Both the position numbers and the translations under genes were made by a program. Below are positions 43,907 to 64,000 of a stretch of DNA of 64,000 bases, piece after piece. Each line of letters starts with the position of its first letter. Within the stretch, counting starts at the first letter, position 1. This stretch comes from the human T2T-CHM13v2.0 reference genome, Homo sapiens. The notes under the pieces were generated by a model. That model searched no databases and was not told the origin of the DNA. It saw only the letters and a program-made list of their open reading frames with translations. The stretch lies in the NCBI RefSeq assembly GCF_009914755.1, contig NC_060943.1. One strand, written 5' to 3'.

Positions 43907-44177
43907 TCACAGTAGGACGGGGAGGGCCAGCGTCTGCCCAGCCCTGGCAGATGGTACGGGACAGAAAGCAAAAAACAGAGGAGACCCTCCCTTCCCCACA
44001 GGAAGACGCACTCGGGGTAGGAGAGGGAAAGAAACCCAGAAAGGGGCAGCGGCGTGTGCCAGGCCTGGGAGGGGTCTCAGGATGCTGCACTCCACCTGGG
44101 GCGGGGACACCACCAGCACGGCAGCCTGCGCTCCCAGGGGAGGGTCTACGCTCGCGCAAGCCCAGGGTCCTCCGGCC

Positions 44178-44350
44178 GCTGTGGACACCGGGGCCGGATC
44201 ATTCTCTGGCGTGGGGCCATCCTGGGTACTGCAGGGTACTGAGCAGCGTCCCTGGCCTCCACCCACTCCATGCCAGGGGCTTCCCCAAGTCGTGACACCA
44301 CAATGTCCTCAGCCATTGCCAGGGTCCCCCGGAGCAGGACAGCCCAGGCA
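44178..44350 (-). mobile_element. MER20
   Basis: cctgggtactgcagggtactgagcagcgtccctggcctccacccactccatgccagg...aatgtcctcagccattgcca. Confidence 0.75.
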
Positions 44351-44355
44351 AGAAC

Positions 44356-45165
<810 letters not shown>

Positions 45166-45476
45166 ACATGAGAAGCCTCTTGGTTGGAAGGGCTGGGGGA
45201 GGAGGGCGGGTGCCCTTGGGGAAGAGGCTGTGCTGGGCCACCCCACAGTGGGTGAGTAGAGGCCTTTGGGGTTCCCAGGAGGGTGGTGTCCAGGACCTTG
45301 GGCCCCTGAATGCTGCCTCTTTTGCAGCTGGAGGCAGGCCAAGGTGCCTATCTTCCTAAAAGTCGGTGTAGGTATGGGTGAAAAACCAACCAACTTGATA
45401 GGACACATCTTGGCTAGGTCCAGGATACCCAACAGGGGAGCATTTTTAAGAAGCTGGTTCAAAAATGGCTATTTCA

Positions 45477-46870
<1,394 letters not shown>

Positions 46871-47611
46871 GAAAGCCACATTCCAGTATTAGAAGGCACC
46901 CGGTTGGGTGTCTGTAGCTGGCATCTCTTCTTTTCTTACAGGCACAGAAAGTAACGGGCTGTCTAGGGGGGTGGCATCTCCAATCCGCCAATCAGCTGTC
47001 GAGGGGTTTGAAGGTCGCTGACGGTGGCTGTGGTATGGGAAAGCACTCGGGATGCAGGCTGGGCTGAGGGCAGGAGGATGATGCCCGGGGCCCTCCTCTG
47101 AGGGTGTAGTCCCCGCTGGGGAGGCGAGTTTTGGTGAACAGCTGGGCTTCCGAGGATATCAGAGGATGGGGGTTTAAGGGGACACCGAAGTACGCACGGC
47201 CTCGGGGGACCTGCTTGCCAGTGTGCAGAACAGGGATGGTCACCCTCTAGTTTGCAGGGAAAGGAGCCTGGGGGGCTGAGAGCTGCCTCCAGCCTCTCAT
47301 GAGGGCAAAGAAGCCCGGGGTCTCATCCTGTGGGTGCGGGACCAGCACCAGGCAGGAGCGGCGGAGCTCAGAGCCCAGAGCTGTTCCCACGCACACACCC
47401 TCTGCTCCCCGCAGCCAGCCCAGGATGGCTTCTCTCATGGATGAGAGAGACCCACAGAGGGTCCTCGGCGTGGCCTGGCACACCCGGCCTGCCCACATCC
47501 TGGTCGCAGGTGCTGGCTCCCCGGGCAGGGCCAGGCCCAGCAGCCTTATTTCCTGGGGCCTGGGTGGCAGCCTGCACCCTCCCGGTCCCAGAACCCGCTG
47601 GCATCACTCAC

Positions 47612-47657
47612 TGTGAGCATCTTCAGGTCCGCCCGCTCCGCTGGGTTCTTGATGAGG
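47612..47657 (-). CDS. MAP2K2: MAP2K2 exon 10 (LIKNPAERADLKMLT)
   Basis: ccccag|CCTC ... ACA|gtgagt, 46 nt, kinase subdomain XI Arg, phase-compatible with neighbours. Confidence 0.96.
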
Positions 47658-48545
47658 CTGGGGGTTCCAAGAGGCAGGACCGGGAGGCGGTGGAGGAGAC
47701 AAGACAGGGCAGTCAGCTGGTGGCCCCGGGGCACCCGCGTGTGGGCCGTGGTCGGAGGGGGCCTGGATCTCTCCGACCAGAGAGAGTGGCACAGAGTGGC
47801 TGCTCTGTTCTGCCTCCTGGCAGAGGACGAGGGATCCACCTCTGCACTTTGGTGCCAGGGGCAGGACACCCCCCAGCGGGAGGGTGAGAGGGAAAGAGGG
47901 TGGGAAACCCCGCCTGGTGGGTCAGAAGCCTGGACGCAACCCCAGCTAACTGTCTAATAAAACCCCAGGCCCGGGGCAACATCGCCGGAGCGCACGCCAA
48001 GGGCCCGGGGCAACTCCGGCACCAGGAGTGCGGTGCCGTTCCACGGCGTCCCGAGCTCACACACATGGACCGGCCCTGTGGGCAGCGGGGTGTCCGCAGC
48101 TCCTTCCCCGTGGTCTGCGGCACATGCCTGTGAAGCCCACGCCACAGGTGCTGCTGGGTGCTTGGGGGCAGGAGAATGGAGTGGGGCTGGCGACCCTCCC
48201 AGAACCTGCGGGCGGATCCCGGGGAGCCCACAGTCAGCACACCAGGGGTCCGGGGACCAGACAGAGGCTTCTCCTGCTGCAGACAGTGAGCTGGGGACAC
48301 CGTCATGTGCACAGGGCCTGCAATCCTGCTTCACCCCTGGGCTCACGGACAGGATGGCATGGCAGCCGGGAGCTGCAGCCCCACAGCTCTGGGAAAAGGA
48401 ATCTGGCTTCCCGTTGGGCTGAGTCCTGCCTAACGCTGCACTGGGATTCTGGATGGGCAGGCTGGGCCACGGGCCCCACCCAGGACCCGGAAGGAGTGGC
48501 ACATCTGGGTCCCGGCCAGGGGTGTGGGCAGCCCGGCTCCACCTA

Positions 48546-48698
<153 letters not shown>

Positions 48699-48786
48699 TC
48701 ACCCACCCTGCAGGCCTGGCCGACACCACATGCCAACTGGGCTGCACCCTGTCAGAGGTGGCCTTCTCCCGAAAGCTCTCGTTTGA

Positions 48787-49750
<964 letters not shown>

Positions 49751-50428
49751 TGACGGAGCAGGAGCCACCCCGGGACCTACAGGTCCTTCTAGGCTCTCTG
49801 GGCCTCCTTCCAAGAGGCAAGGGCCATTCCTGTACCTTTCTCCGTGGAAGCGGGGTGATTTATGAGTCCACGCCCACGGGCGCCAGGACGCTCTGATGCA
49901 GAGACACTGGGCCACTGCTCAAGGGGCAGGCTGGCTCCTCGGCCTGAGCCCAGGGCTGCTGGCACACACCTCCCTCTGGACTCAGGGTGAGAGGCTGCGG
50001 TGGGAATTCTGGGTTCGTCTTCATAAAAAAACAATGCCCTTGGGAAGGAGCTGGGCTTGTGCAGCACAGTAGAAGATGGGAGACGCGACACACGTGGAAT
50101 TGGTTCAAGAATTGCTTGAACCTGGGAGGCGGAGGTTGCAGTGAGCTGAGATCAAGCCACTGCACTACAAAGCTAGACAATGTCTCAAAAAAAAAAAAAA
50201 AAATTAGCTGGGTGTGGTGGTGCGCACCTGTAATCCCAGCTACTCGGGAGGCTGAGGCACGAGAATCACATGAGCTTGGAAAGTGGAGGTTTCAGTGAGC
50301 CGAGAAGGCACCACTGTACTCCAGCCTTGGTGACTCTTGCTCTGGTCAGAGAGAGACTCTGCCTAAAAAAAAAAAAAAAAAAAAAAAGAAAGAAGAAAGA
50401 AAAGGAAAAGAAAAGCCAAAAGGCATCA

Positions 50429-50614
<186 letters not shown>

Positions 50615-51249
50615 CTAAATTGGAGGCGGGTGTGCAGAGGCACTGGACAAAGCTCCCCTGCCTGACTCTGGGTTCCATTCCCTGGGACAGCTACTCCTTG
50701 CCTGAGCCTCTAGTGAATTAAAAAAAAGGCAAAAGGAACAAGAACATTTTTTGAGAAGTCACACATTTGGCTCGGTGAGGCTTGCCGGACGTGCCAAAGT
50801 CATCACCCCTCCTCTCTGGAGGGCAGGGGGAGGGACGGTGCTGACCGCAGGCAAGGACAGCCGCGTGACCTTGCATGGAGCTGCTGGCGGTGATGGGGGC
50901 AGGCCCCAAGTGCCACTCAGGACGGGAGACTGGCTAGGGGTGGCTGACCCCTGTCTGAGAACCAGCTGGCCAGGCCTGGGCTTGGCAGCTGGACTTTCGC
51001 CTTCTGCCCGTCCTGAAATGGGCAGGTGGGCTGGGGCCCTGGGCTGGGGATGGTATACCACCTGAGAGTTGGGACTGGGAGAGGCTGAGGCTAGGCCTGA
51101 GGATAAGGACTTGGGGGCCTCTCCCTGGGATGAGATCAAGACATCCCAGCAGTCTGGCTGGAGAGGAGGAGGTGGGCTTGCCAGTGCTATGAAAATCTCC
51201 TTCTCACAGCCCCAATCCATCCGGGTAGGACCACAAAACGTGGCCTGTT

Positions 51250-51600
51250 CGTGTCATAAAATACTACTCAGCCTTTCAAAAGGACCCAGGCTCTGACACG
51301 CACCATGGCGTGGATGACCCTTGAGGACACTGCGCTCCAGGAGAGAAGCCACACACAAAACACAGAAGGCCACACAAGTGTGTGACCCCATTTCTGTGAA
51401 ATGCCCAGGACAGGCCAGTCCAGAGGCAGGAAGGGGATGGAGAGTGACAGCTGATGGGGACAGGGTTTCCTCTTGGGGAGCTGAGAAGGTTCTGGAATTA
51501 GAGGTGATGGGGCGCAGCACTGTGACTGAAAACCACTGAACTGCTCACCTGAAATGAGTTGTGGGGTGTGTGCTTTGTAGTTCGGAAACATGGTTTTAAA
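51250..51600 (+). mobile_element. Old L1 (L1M) 3' fragment
   Basis: aatactactcagcc...gtggatgacccttgagg...ccatttctgtgaaatgcccagga...cagggtttcctcttgggg...aggttctggaattag. Confidence 0.7.
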
Positions 51601-52351
51601 ACCAACCACAGTCCGCTACAGGGTCCTTTGGGGTCTGACGCCACCAACTCTCCCTGATGTCTGACTTTAAAAAAAATCACAGGACCCTCCTGTGATTCTG
51701 CACCAAGCAGGGTCCGCCCCCGGCTCTTCCCTCAGGCGGTGGAAGTGTCCGCTCGGCCCTCTCTGACTGGCGTCAGGGAGCTCCCGCTCCCGAGGTGCCC
51801 GCCCTAAGTGCCGGATTGTCCTCTGCGAGCCCAGCTGTCCCTGGGGCCTGAGCCCTCCCGCCCCCTCCCGGGCTGTGTCCCCTCCTGTGTGTGTTGGGGC
51901 CGGAGCCAACAGGCCACTGAGGGCCATGCCAAGTCCAATCTCCACTTCAGGACTCCCTGGAAGGCTTGGCCCGCAGCACAGGAGCGTGTCACCTGCAGAA
52001 TGCAGGCTCTGTGGCGGCCAATTCCTTCCACTTTTCTGTGCGTTTGAATGCTTTCGGGATAAAATGTTGGAAAATCCAACTGCCCAGGGGCTTGGTGGCA
52101 AAGCTGCGCTCCCAGATCCCTCCAGCTGGCAACAACAGGTGCAGCTGCCCCGGACAGAACAGGTTTGGGGTGCTCACTGCTTCCAGCTCTGTCCCCGGAA
52201 ACCCCAGGACCATGGGAGGACTGCTGACCACAGTCGGCACCATCCAGGGGGACAGGTGGTGCGCCAGGGGCAGAGGGGAGGCAGCTGCTGACCCTGGCAC
52301 AGCAGGCCCCGCGCAGGGCACTGCGCGTCCAGACCGGAAGTTGCAGATTCA

Positions 52352-52645
<294 letters not shown>

Positions 52646-52988
52646 TTACAGCCCCCGTCACCCTCTCCATGGCTAATGACCGCAGCAATGGATAGAGAGC
52701 TGTTACGCAATTCTACCTCCCGGCTCACCCACCCAGGGCCTCCCTGCGGCACTTGCTGAAGAGGCTTCCAGCCCGAGGCCTGGAGCTGGTGTTGACCGCA
52801 GCTCTTGAAGAGCCTGCAATGCTCAGCACTTTTGGGAATGGATGATGGGCCCCAGGAAGCAGGGGCCTCCTCCTCCACAGCTAACATCTCAGAGGCTGCT
52901 CCAAGGCTCAATTTGGCAGGTTGCTGAATCCCCAGTCGTTTCCTGAAAGACCCCAGATTCCAATTCCTTGGTCCAGAAATTAACTAAG

Positions 52989-53845
<857 letters not shown>

Positions 53846-53964
53846 AGCAAGGGGAATCCGAAAAGCAGGCTCCCAGGAGGCACCAGCTTTAGACGTGCCT
53901 TGTGGCAAGTGGGGAGAGCTGATGAAGGGGAGGGTGCAGCTGGGGTGGGACTGTCCCGGGGGTG

Positions 53965-54522
<558 letters not shown>

Positions 54523-55369
54523 TCAGAGCTGGAGCGAGGGAGCTGCGGCAGGAACCATTTCAGGCTGTGAGGAGCTCGCTGGGGTGGAGCAAGCGAGGCC
54601 AGAGACGAGACAGTGCTGACAGCCCTGTGCTGGCGTGTGCAAGTCAACCCCGGTTCCCATGGCCGCAGTGCCGCCGATGCCACTACTGCCTTTGATTCAG
54701 AGCACACGGCTTAGCCCCAGGGAAGCTGAGATGGTGGCCCATGGCCCGGGAGTAGGCTGGGCTGCCGAGTTTGCCCACATCAGCCTGAAAGGCAGCATCT
54801 GGGGTCCCAGGGACTGTGCTAAGGGCCCCCAGATGGGACGGGCTAAGGGTGCCTGGGAAGGACGATGTTTCCCCCAGGCCCGCCCTGGAAGCAGCATCCC
54901 GAGAAGTGAAGCAAGCAGCACAGGCAGTGTGACGGCAGCTTTCAACTCGGAAACGCGTGTCTGGCAGCATGCGTCCTGTGTCTTAATCCAACACTGGTAT
55001 GGGCAGGCGGGACTCGGCCCCTGCTATGGACAAGGTGCAAGCTCCAAGAAGCAACACGCACGGTCTGCTGAAACCACACGGCTCTACGGAGCAGCTGTGC
55101 TGGAGACCGGGCAGCAGAGACGCCCTTGGCCCCGGTGACATTTCTAACAGCAATGGTGAGTGTGTCTGGAGGTCCTGGCGTCCCACATCCCACCCCAGAG
55201 TCTCCCTTTCAACAAGCTCCTGTCCCCTGCAACGTGCCAGCTGCCAACATCCCCCTGCCACGAGGGGCAGAGGGGACCAGTGTGGCAAACAGCGGATACT
55301 AAGAGTGAAGAGGGACCTATAACGTCTTCACTTGGCAGATGGTGACCTCAGGCCCCAAAAGGGACGTCA

Positions 55370-55612
<243 letters not shown>

Positions 55613-57969
55613 CTAGAGGGCACACAAGGAGTGAGTGCAGGCTCTGCGCAGGTGGCCGGGAAGCCACGGATGCGTCCCCCCACTCCCGGCGAGGGGGTGG
55701 TCTGCCTCCTGACGGGAAGCAGGGGCCGGAGCCCAACTCCACCCACGGGCCAAGGGCAGGGCGTCTTCTGACAGTTCTGCCTTTGGGTCTGAACACCCAC
55801 CCACAAGGTGGGGAAGGAACAGGGCCCAGGGTTCCCCCGCCTCCCGTCCCATCCTCGAATCAGTTGCGTGACTCGGCCCTCCTGAGGTCGCCACGGCAGA
55901 GGCTCTGCTCCGGGCCAGCCCAAGCCGCGGCCGGGGGCTCAGGCAGCTGTGGGGCCCGCACTCCCTGCAGCCTACGTGGTGGGCTTGTCTGTGCACCACG
56001 GGAGGCGGCCAGGCTGGAGACCAGCGTCTTGGGCCTGCGTCCTCTTCCCAGCACACGAAGGGAAGGGGAGGGTGAGGGCGCGGAGGAGACGCGGGTGCTG
56101 CCCCGCGTGGGAGGAGGCGGCGGGTCGCTGTGTGCCCGTCCAGACCCCCAGGGGGCTCCCTCGCCAAGCCCTGCGGCTCCACTGCTGGGCGTCTGCCCTG
56201 CGCCTGTCCCTGCCACCTAGGGCAGAAAGGCCAGGCCGAGTAGGACCAGGGGCCAGGGGGTGCATGGACTGCAGGAGGGATCCCAGTGACGCCAGCCCAG
56301 GTGACGGTAACCTCGGCCCCTCCCCACAGCCTGTGGTCTCCTCGCCACTGTGCCGGGCATCCTGCGGAGGGCCTGGAAACGAGTCATCATGGGTAGGCTG
56401 GTCCCCGGGTGTGGCCCCACATCCATGTCATAAATGATGAAACAGAAATTCCATGTCTTGCCCAAGGCTGCCTGGCAACAAACCTGGGGACCAAAACCCC
56501 CAAATGCCAAAACCCCAGGCACTGGGAGCCACCCAAGGTGCCTCTTCAGAGGCAGAGGCTCCGGACACACCTGCCAGGCCACCCCCAGGACAGCAGGGGT
56601 GACAGGCCAAGTTCCCACTGCCACCGTCTGGCGTGCGTCTCTTCTGTGCTCAGCAGAGAGGAAAGTGGAACTGAGGCTAGAGAGGGCGGGCTGGAGGAGC
56701 CTGGAGAGGCTGGCTGGGGAGCCTGGATTTCCCCACCATGCTGCTCCAGGACTCCTGCAAAAGCCCAGCCTTCCCTGGGATGGCTTTCATTCACATGGGT
56801 GGGAGGAGCCGGGGGAGAAATCCTGGGACTCAGGGGTGCCCGGGTTGCCGCTCTCTGGCCACTTCTGCCCAGCTAGGCTTGGAGAGAAAGGCCGAAGGCA
56901 GTTCTAGAAAACCCAACACGCTTTGAGACCTCTAAAGCATACACGTGACTCCATCCACCAGCTCCAGGCTGAAGACGCAGACACACAGGGTGAGAGGGCA
57001 GGTATGGCCAGGGCTCAGACAGCCCAGGAGGAGGTGCCAGGACGGGAGCTCCAGTGAGCCAGGGCCAGGTGGAAGCTGCTTCTATTCTCAGTTTTTATCA
57101 ATCTACCTTAAAAGAATTACTTAAAATGAGGCCGGACATGGGCTGGGAGCGGTGACTCACGCCTGTAATGCCAGGACTTTGGGAGGCTGAGGCAGGCGGA
57201 TCACTTGAGGTCAGGAGTTTGAGACCAGCCTGGCCAATATGGTAAAACCCCATCTCCACTAAAAATAAAAAAAATTAGCTGGGCGTGGTGGTGGATGCCT
57301 GTAATCTCAGCTACTCGGGAGGCTGAGGCAGGAAGATCACTTGAACCTGGGAGGCAGAGGTTGCTGTGAGTCGAGATCGTGCCACTTCTCTCTCGCCTGG
57401 GCGAGAGAGCAAGACTCCTCAATTAAAAAAAAAAAAAAAAAAAGCCGCACGTGGTGGCGCACACCTATAATCCTACCACTTTGGGAGGCCAAAGCAAAAA
57501 GAATGCTTGAGCTGAGGAGTTTGAGACCATCCCGAGCCACACAGTGAGACCCCATACCAAAATCAGCCGGGCGTGGTGGTGCACGCCTGTAGTCCCAGCT
57601 ACTCAGAAGGCTGAGGTGGGAGGATCCCTTGAACCTGGGAGGTCAAGGTTGCAGTGAGCCGAGATCACACCACTGCACTCCAGCCTGGGTGACAGAGCAA
57701 GACCCTGTCTCAAAAAAACAAAAACCAGAAAGAGACCAACGACTCGAAAGAGGCAGGGTGGCGAAAACCAAACAGACGCACCAAACGCAACCCTAAAACC
57801 CCTGCTCCCCAGCACAGCTCCTTCCGTCTTCGTTTCTCCTGGGGCCGCAATCAATGTTTGTTTAGTGAGAAAATTCAAAGAGCCTCTCCCCGGAGATGAG
57901 GGCGGGCGGAGCGCTGTGCTGCAGCCTCAGGAGCTGGTGGAAGACGCCTCACAGGAGCATCGCTCTCTC

Positions 57970-58175
57970 TGCAGCCGCCTTTCTCCACTGTGACATCGGG
58001 GCCAGGTCACTCTCTGGGGTGGGGCCGACCTGGGCACTGCAGGGCGCTGAGTAGCGTCCCTGGCCTCCATCCACTCCACGCCAGGAGCATCCCCCAGTTG
58101 TGACAACCACACACATCCCCAGACAGTGCCAGGTGTCTCCTGGGAGGGAGAACTGCCCCTGGTTGAGAAGGGCTG
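57970..58175 (-). mobile_element. MER20
   Basis: cctgggcactgcagggcgctgagtagcgtccctggcctcc...ccccagttgtgacaacca...cccctggttgagaa. Confidence 0.8.
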
Positions 58176-58312
58176 ATCTCCAGCTATAAAGACCAAAGTC
58201 TGGCAGGGTAAGCAATTTGTCTGAGTCACAGAGACAGGATGTGGTGCAGGGGGTATTGCAGCTGTGTACTGCTGACCCCAAATCTCACTCTGTGCATGAC
58301 CATACACGTCTA

Positions 58313-58314
<2 letters not shown>

Positions 58315-58351
<37 letters not shown>
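58315..58351. repeat. (GT)18 microsatellite
   Basis: Uninterrupted gt run. Confidence 0.97.
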
Positions 58352-58352
<1 letters not shown>

Positions 58353-58391
58353 TGTTTAAAATGGTCTTGTAACTGTAATTTTGTTACGTAG

Positions 58392-58595
<204 letters not shown>

Positions 58596-59517
58596 TAGTA
58601 GAGACGGGGTTTCACTACTGGTGTTAGCCAGGATGGTCTCGATCTCCTGACCTCGTGATCCGCCCGCCTCGGCCTCCCAAAGTGCTGGGATTACAGGCTT
58701 GAGCCACTGCACCCGGCAAACACATTTTTCTTATAAAAAATTCAAATGAGGATAAATAACCTGGACGCCGCATCACTTCCACCATTCCCCCCTCAAGTGT
58801 GACTTATATTGTTCCAGATCTTTCTTCATCTCTCTCTTTCTTTCTTTCAGGCAGGGGTCGCCCAGACTGCAGCATAGTGCTGTGATCTTGGCTCACTGCA
58901 GCCTCCACCTCCTTGGTTCAGGCAGTCCTCCCACCTCAGCTTCCCAAGTAGCTGGGAGTACAGGCGCGCCACCATGTCCTGCTAATTTTTTGTAGAGACG
59001 GGGGTTCCTCATGTTGCCCAGGCTGCTCTCGAAGTCCTGGCTGAAGAGGTCCTCCCACTTCAGCCTCCCAAAGTGCTGGGATCACAGGAGTGAGCACCTG
59101 GCCCCCGCATCTTGCTGTGTATTTGGAAACACAGACTCGGGACTCACTCTCTTGCCCAGGCTGTAGAGCAGTGGCTCAATCATAGCTCACTGCAGCCTCG
59201 ACCTACTGGGCTCATGGGATTCTCCCAAAGCACTGGGATTAAAGCATGCTTGCCCAGCCAGAGTTTAAAACAACATCGAAATGGGCTCATGTCTGTAATC
59301 CCAGCACTTTGGGAGGCCGAGGCAGGAGGGTCACTTGTGGCCAGGAGTTCAAGACCAGTCTGGGCAATATGGAGAGACCATATCTCTACACAAATAAGCA
59401 AATAAATTAGCTGTGCATGGTGGCTCACGCCTGTGGTCTCAACTACTCGGGAGGCTGACGTGGGAGGACAGCACCAGTACACTCCAGGCTGGACAACTGA
59501 GCAAGACCCTGACTTGA

Positions 59518-59679
<162 letters not shown>

Positions 59680-60483
59680 TGAGGAGCTGGGACTACAGGC
59701 GTGCGCCACCATGCCCAGCTAATTTTGTATTTTTAGTATAGATGGGGTTTCACCATGTTGGCCAGGATGGTCTTGAACTCTTGACCTCGTGATCCGCCTG
59801 CCTTGGCCTCCCAAAGTGCTAGGATTACAAACGTGAGCCACTGCACCCAGCCCATGCTATGTTTATTTTCTACAACCACCCCTCCACTACATGAATAGTG
59901 TTGTACTGTGGGGATACTCCCATTCAGTACACCATTGTGGATTTCACTTTGCCACTGCAAAGCAGCCAAATATCATTCTTTAATCACTCCCTTACTGATG
60001 GACATGTCCAGTTTCCATTACAGTAGAACAAGACGGGCATTCTTCAGCAGATAGGACGAGACCCCCAGAAAGGCCAAGGGGCACCTCTACGAGGTCCGTA
60101 AGCCACTGGCTCTCCTTTCCCCATCCCATGAGGCCCCACTGTCCACTGGGTTCTTGCCCCGAGTTATCCAGTAATAGGTTCAGACCCCAGGGAAGCAGCC
60201 AGCCCCACTGTTCCTAAGTTCCAGTCACCAACAAGTGCTTGCCATTTTATATAAATACATCACTGGGCACGGTGGCTCACCCCTGTAATCCCAGCACTTT
60301 GGGAGGCTGAGGCGGGAGAATCGTTTGAGCCCAGGAGTTCAAGATTAGCCTGGGAAACATAGTGCCATCCCATATCTACAAAAAAACTTGCCGGGCGCGG
60401 TGGCTCACGCCTGTAATCCCAGCACTTTTGGGAGGCAGAGGCAGGCGGATCACGAGGTCAGGAGATCGAGACCATCCTGGCTA

Positions 60484-61015
<532 letters not shown>

Positions 61016-61189
61016 TCACCCCAGCAGGGACTACGACCTCCCTCAGCTTCACAGCAGAAGCGGCAAGAGTCCTGTCCCGAACCCGTGGTAAGGGTGAGCG
61101 GTGGGGCCGAGACCTGACCTGGACGCCCATCCTCAGCCCCGGTGCTAAGCTGCCCCTTTGCCTCACTGGGGTGGCCTGGGAGGGAATGA

Positions 61190-61606
<417 letters not shown>

Positions 61607-63092
61607 TAGCCAAGCCAGAATAGTCTCGATCTCCTGAACTCGCCTCGGCCTCCCAAAGTGCTGGGATTACAGGTGTGAGCCACCGCCCCTGGCTAGACCA
61701 CCTCGGAACTTTTAAAGGGTGCACTCCATAACACAGACAGCACGGCCTGTGTCTCCCTCCTGCAGCCTGGTGGTCTGTGTGGTGTCCCCTGGGGTGCCAG
61801 CACCCACTCTGGGAACCCCCATTTTAAATTCACCAAGAATAGAGGTTGGGGGCGGGTTGCCACACTGTCCCCTTTCTGCATGGGAGGAAGGGGGCTCGAG
61901 AACTGAGTCAGCCACACAAAACGAGGATGGACAGAACTCCTGAGTAGCGAGGGTGCCTGCCGGGCGCGAGGAGGAGGGGGAAGACGAGGAAGACGAGGAG
62001 GAGGAATAGGGAGCACCACATGACAGAGGGGCTGCCTCAGACCACAAAGCGCTTCCTCATCCTTTCCTCGCCCTTTGATGCCGCCGGCAACGTGACTCTG
62101 CGAGCAGCGGGGCAGACGCCAGGTCTCCCTCGCAGGCGGGAAAGGGGCTCCAAGGCGGGTGCTGCCTTGCTCGGGTCACATGGCTACGTGGGGGCCTTGC
62201 TCAAATTCACTTCCTGCCTTCATTACAAAACTGTCAAAGGGGATCGCACGTTTGCAGGGTGTCACCCAAGCATTCTGGTTTTGCAAACGACGCTGTGCGG
62301 CAGGCGGTCTGATACCTGATGAGCTCGGTGTGGCGGGGTCGGCAGCATTTCCTCCGGGGTTTTGAGCTCTGGCCACTTCTCCTTTTGTTCCACCCAATCT
62401 CACCCACTTCTGGGCTTCGAGGCCAGAGTGTCTTAACAAGGGGGCACGTCAGAGTCAATGAAGGGGGTGCCTGTACCCCACCCTAGAGACTGTGGTCCCA
62501 CAGATCTGAGCTGGGGGAGGCACAGGCCTGCCTTGACAAGCTCAGACTGCCACACTTTCCTGAGAAGGCCATTTAAAAACAGTCATCAGCTTTGTTATGT
62601 TTTGAGACAGCATCTCGCTCTGCTGCCCGGGCTGGAGTGCAGTGGCGTGACCAAAGCTCACTGTAGCCTCAACCTCCTGGGCTCAAGTGATCTTCCCACC
62701 TCAGCCTCTCATGTAGCTGGTGCTATTTTTATCCCCATTTTTAAATGTTGTTAACAATTTTAAAACAGGCACGTGCCACCACACTCACCTAATATTTTAA
62801 ATTATAGAGATGGTTTCTCACTATGTTGCCCAGCCTGGTATCGAACTCCTGGGCTTAAATGATCCTCCCACCTCAGCCTCCCAAAATGGTAGGATTACAG
62901 GCATGAGCCACCGTGCCCGGCCTAATAGGGATCAGTTTTTAATTGCATCTACCCTGGAACCCAGCAATTCCCTCACACAGCTTACCTCACAGGTGTGCCT
63001 GCGAGTCAGTGCCATGTTATTTGAGATAGGGCAGAGACTGGAAACAACCTACGTACCCCCCAAAACGGGAGTGTTTTCCCTCTCTGCTGTCA

Positions 63093-63934
<842 letters not shown>

Positions 63935-64000
63935 CTAGGTGTCTGCCTAGAAGTGGACACATACGTCCACACAGAAACGTGTCCCAAGTGCTCACAGCAG

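Overview
Human genomic DNA: GC-rich, Alu-dense, and recognisable as the 19p13.3 ZBTB7A-MAP2K2 region. Both genes lie on the minus strand. ZBTB7A (LRF/Pokemon, BTB-zinc finger) has its whole 584-aa CDS here in two exons (7083-8344, 862-1354), a non-coding first exon (donor at 19808), a probable alternative first exon (donor at 18556) and a CpG-island promoter; its 3'UTR runs off the left edge. MAP2K2 (MEK2) exons 3-11 are present (900 nt, residues 102-400 plus stop); exons 1-2 lie beyond the right edge. The rest is Alu, MIR, L2, old L1 and hAT DNA-transposon debris, microsatellites and several motif-dense candidate enhancers. I find no new protein-coding gene or new multi-gene system, and most ORF-track entries are GC-rich or Alu artefacts. 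The most interesting unexplained structures are: (1) a degenerate duplicate of the MEK2 activation-loop exon end and its donor in intron 6, which could form an in-frame 87-nt cassette exon; (2) a 21-nt templated insertion inside an Alu, copied from 1.3 kb away; (3) a MIR-derived minisatellite next to ZBTB7A exon 2; (4) a compact IRF plus nuclear-receptor motif cluster and an HSE/STAT/E-box cluster upstream of ZBTB7A; (5) no canonical poly(A) signal after the MAP2K2 stop; (6) shared GC-shifted substitutions among dispersed MER20 and L1 copies. Repeat family names and boundaries come from remembered consensus sequences and are approximate.
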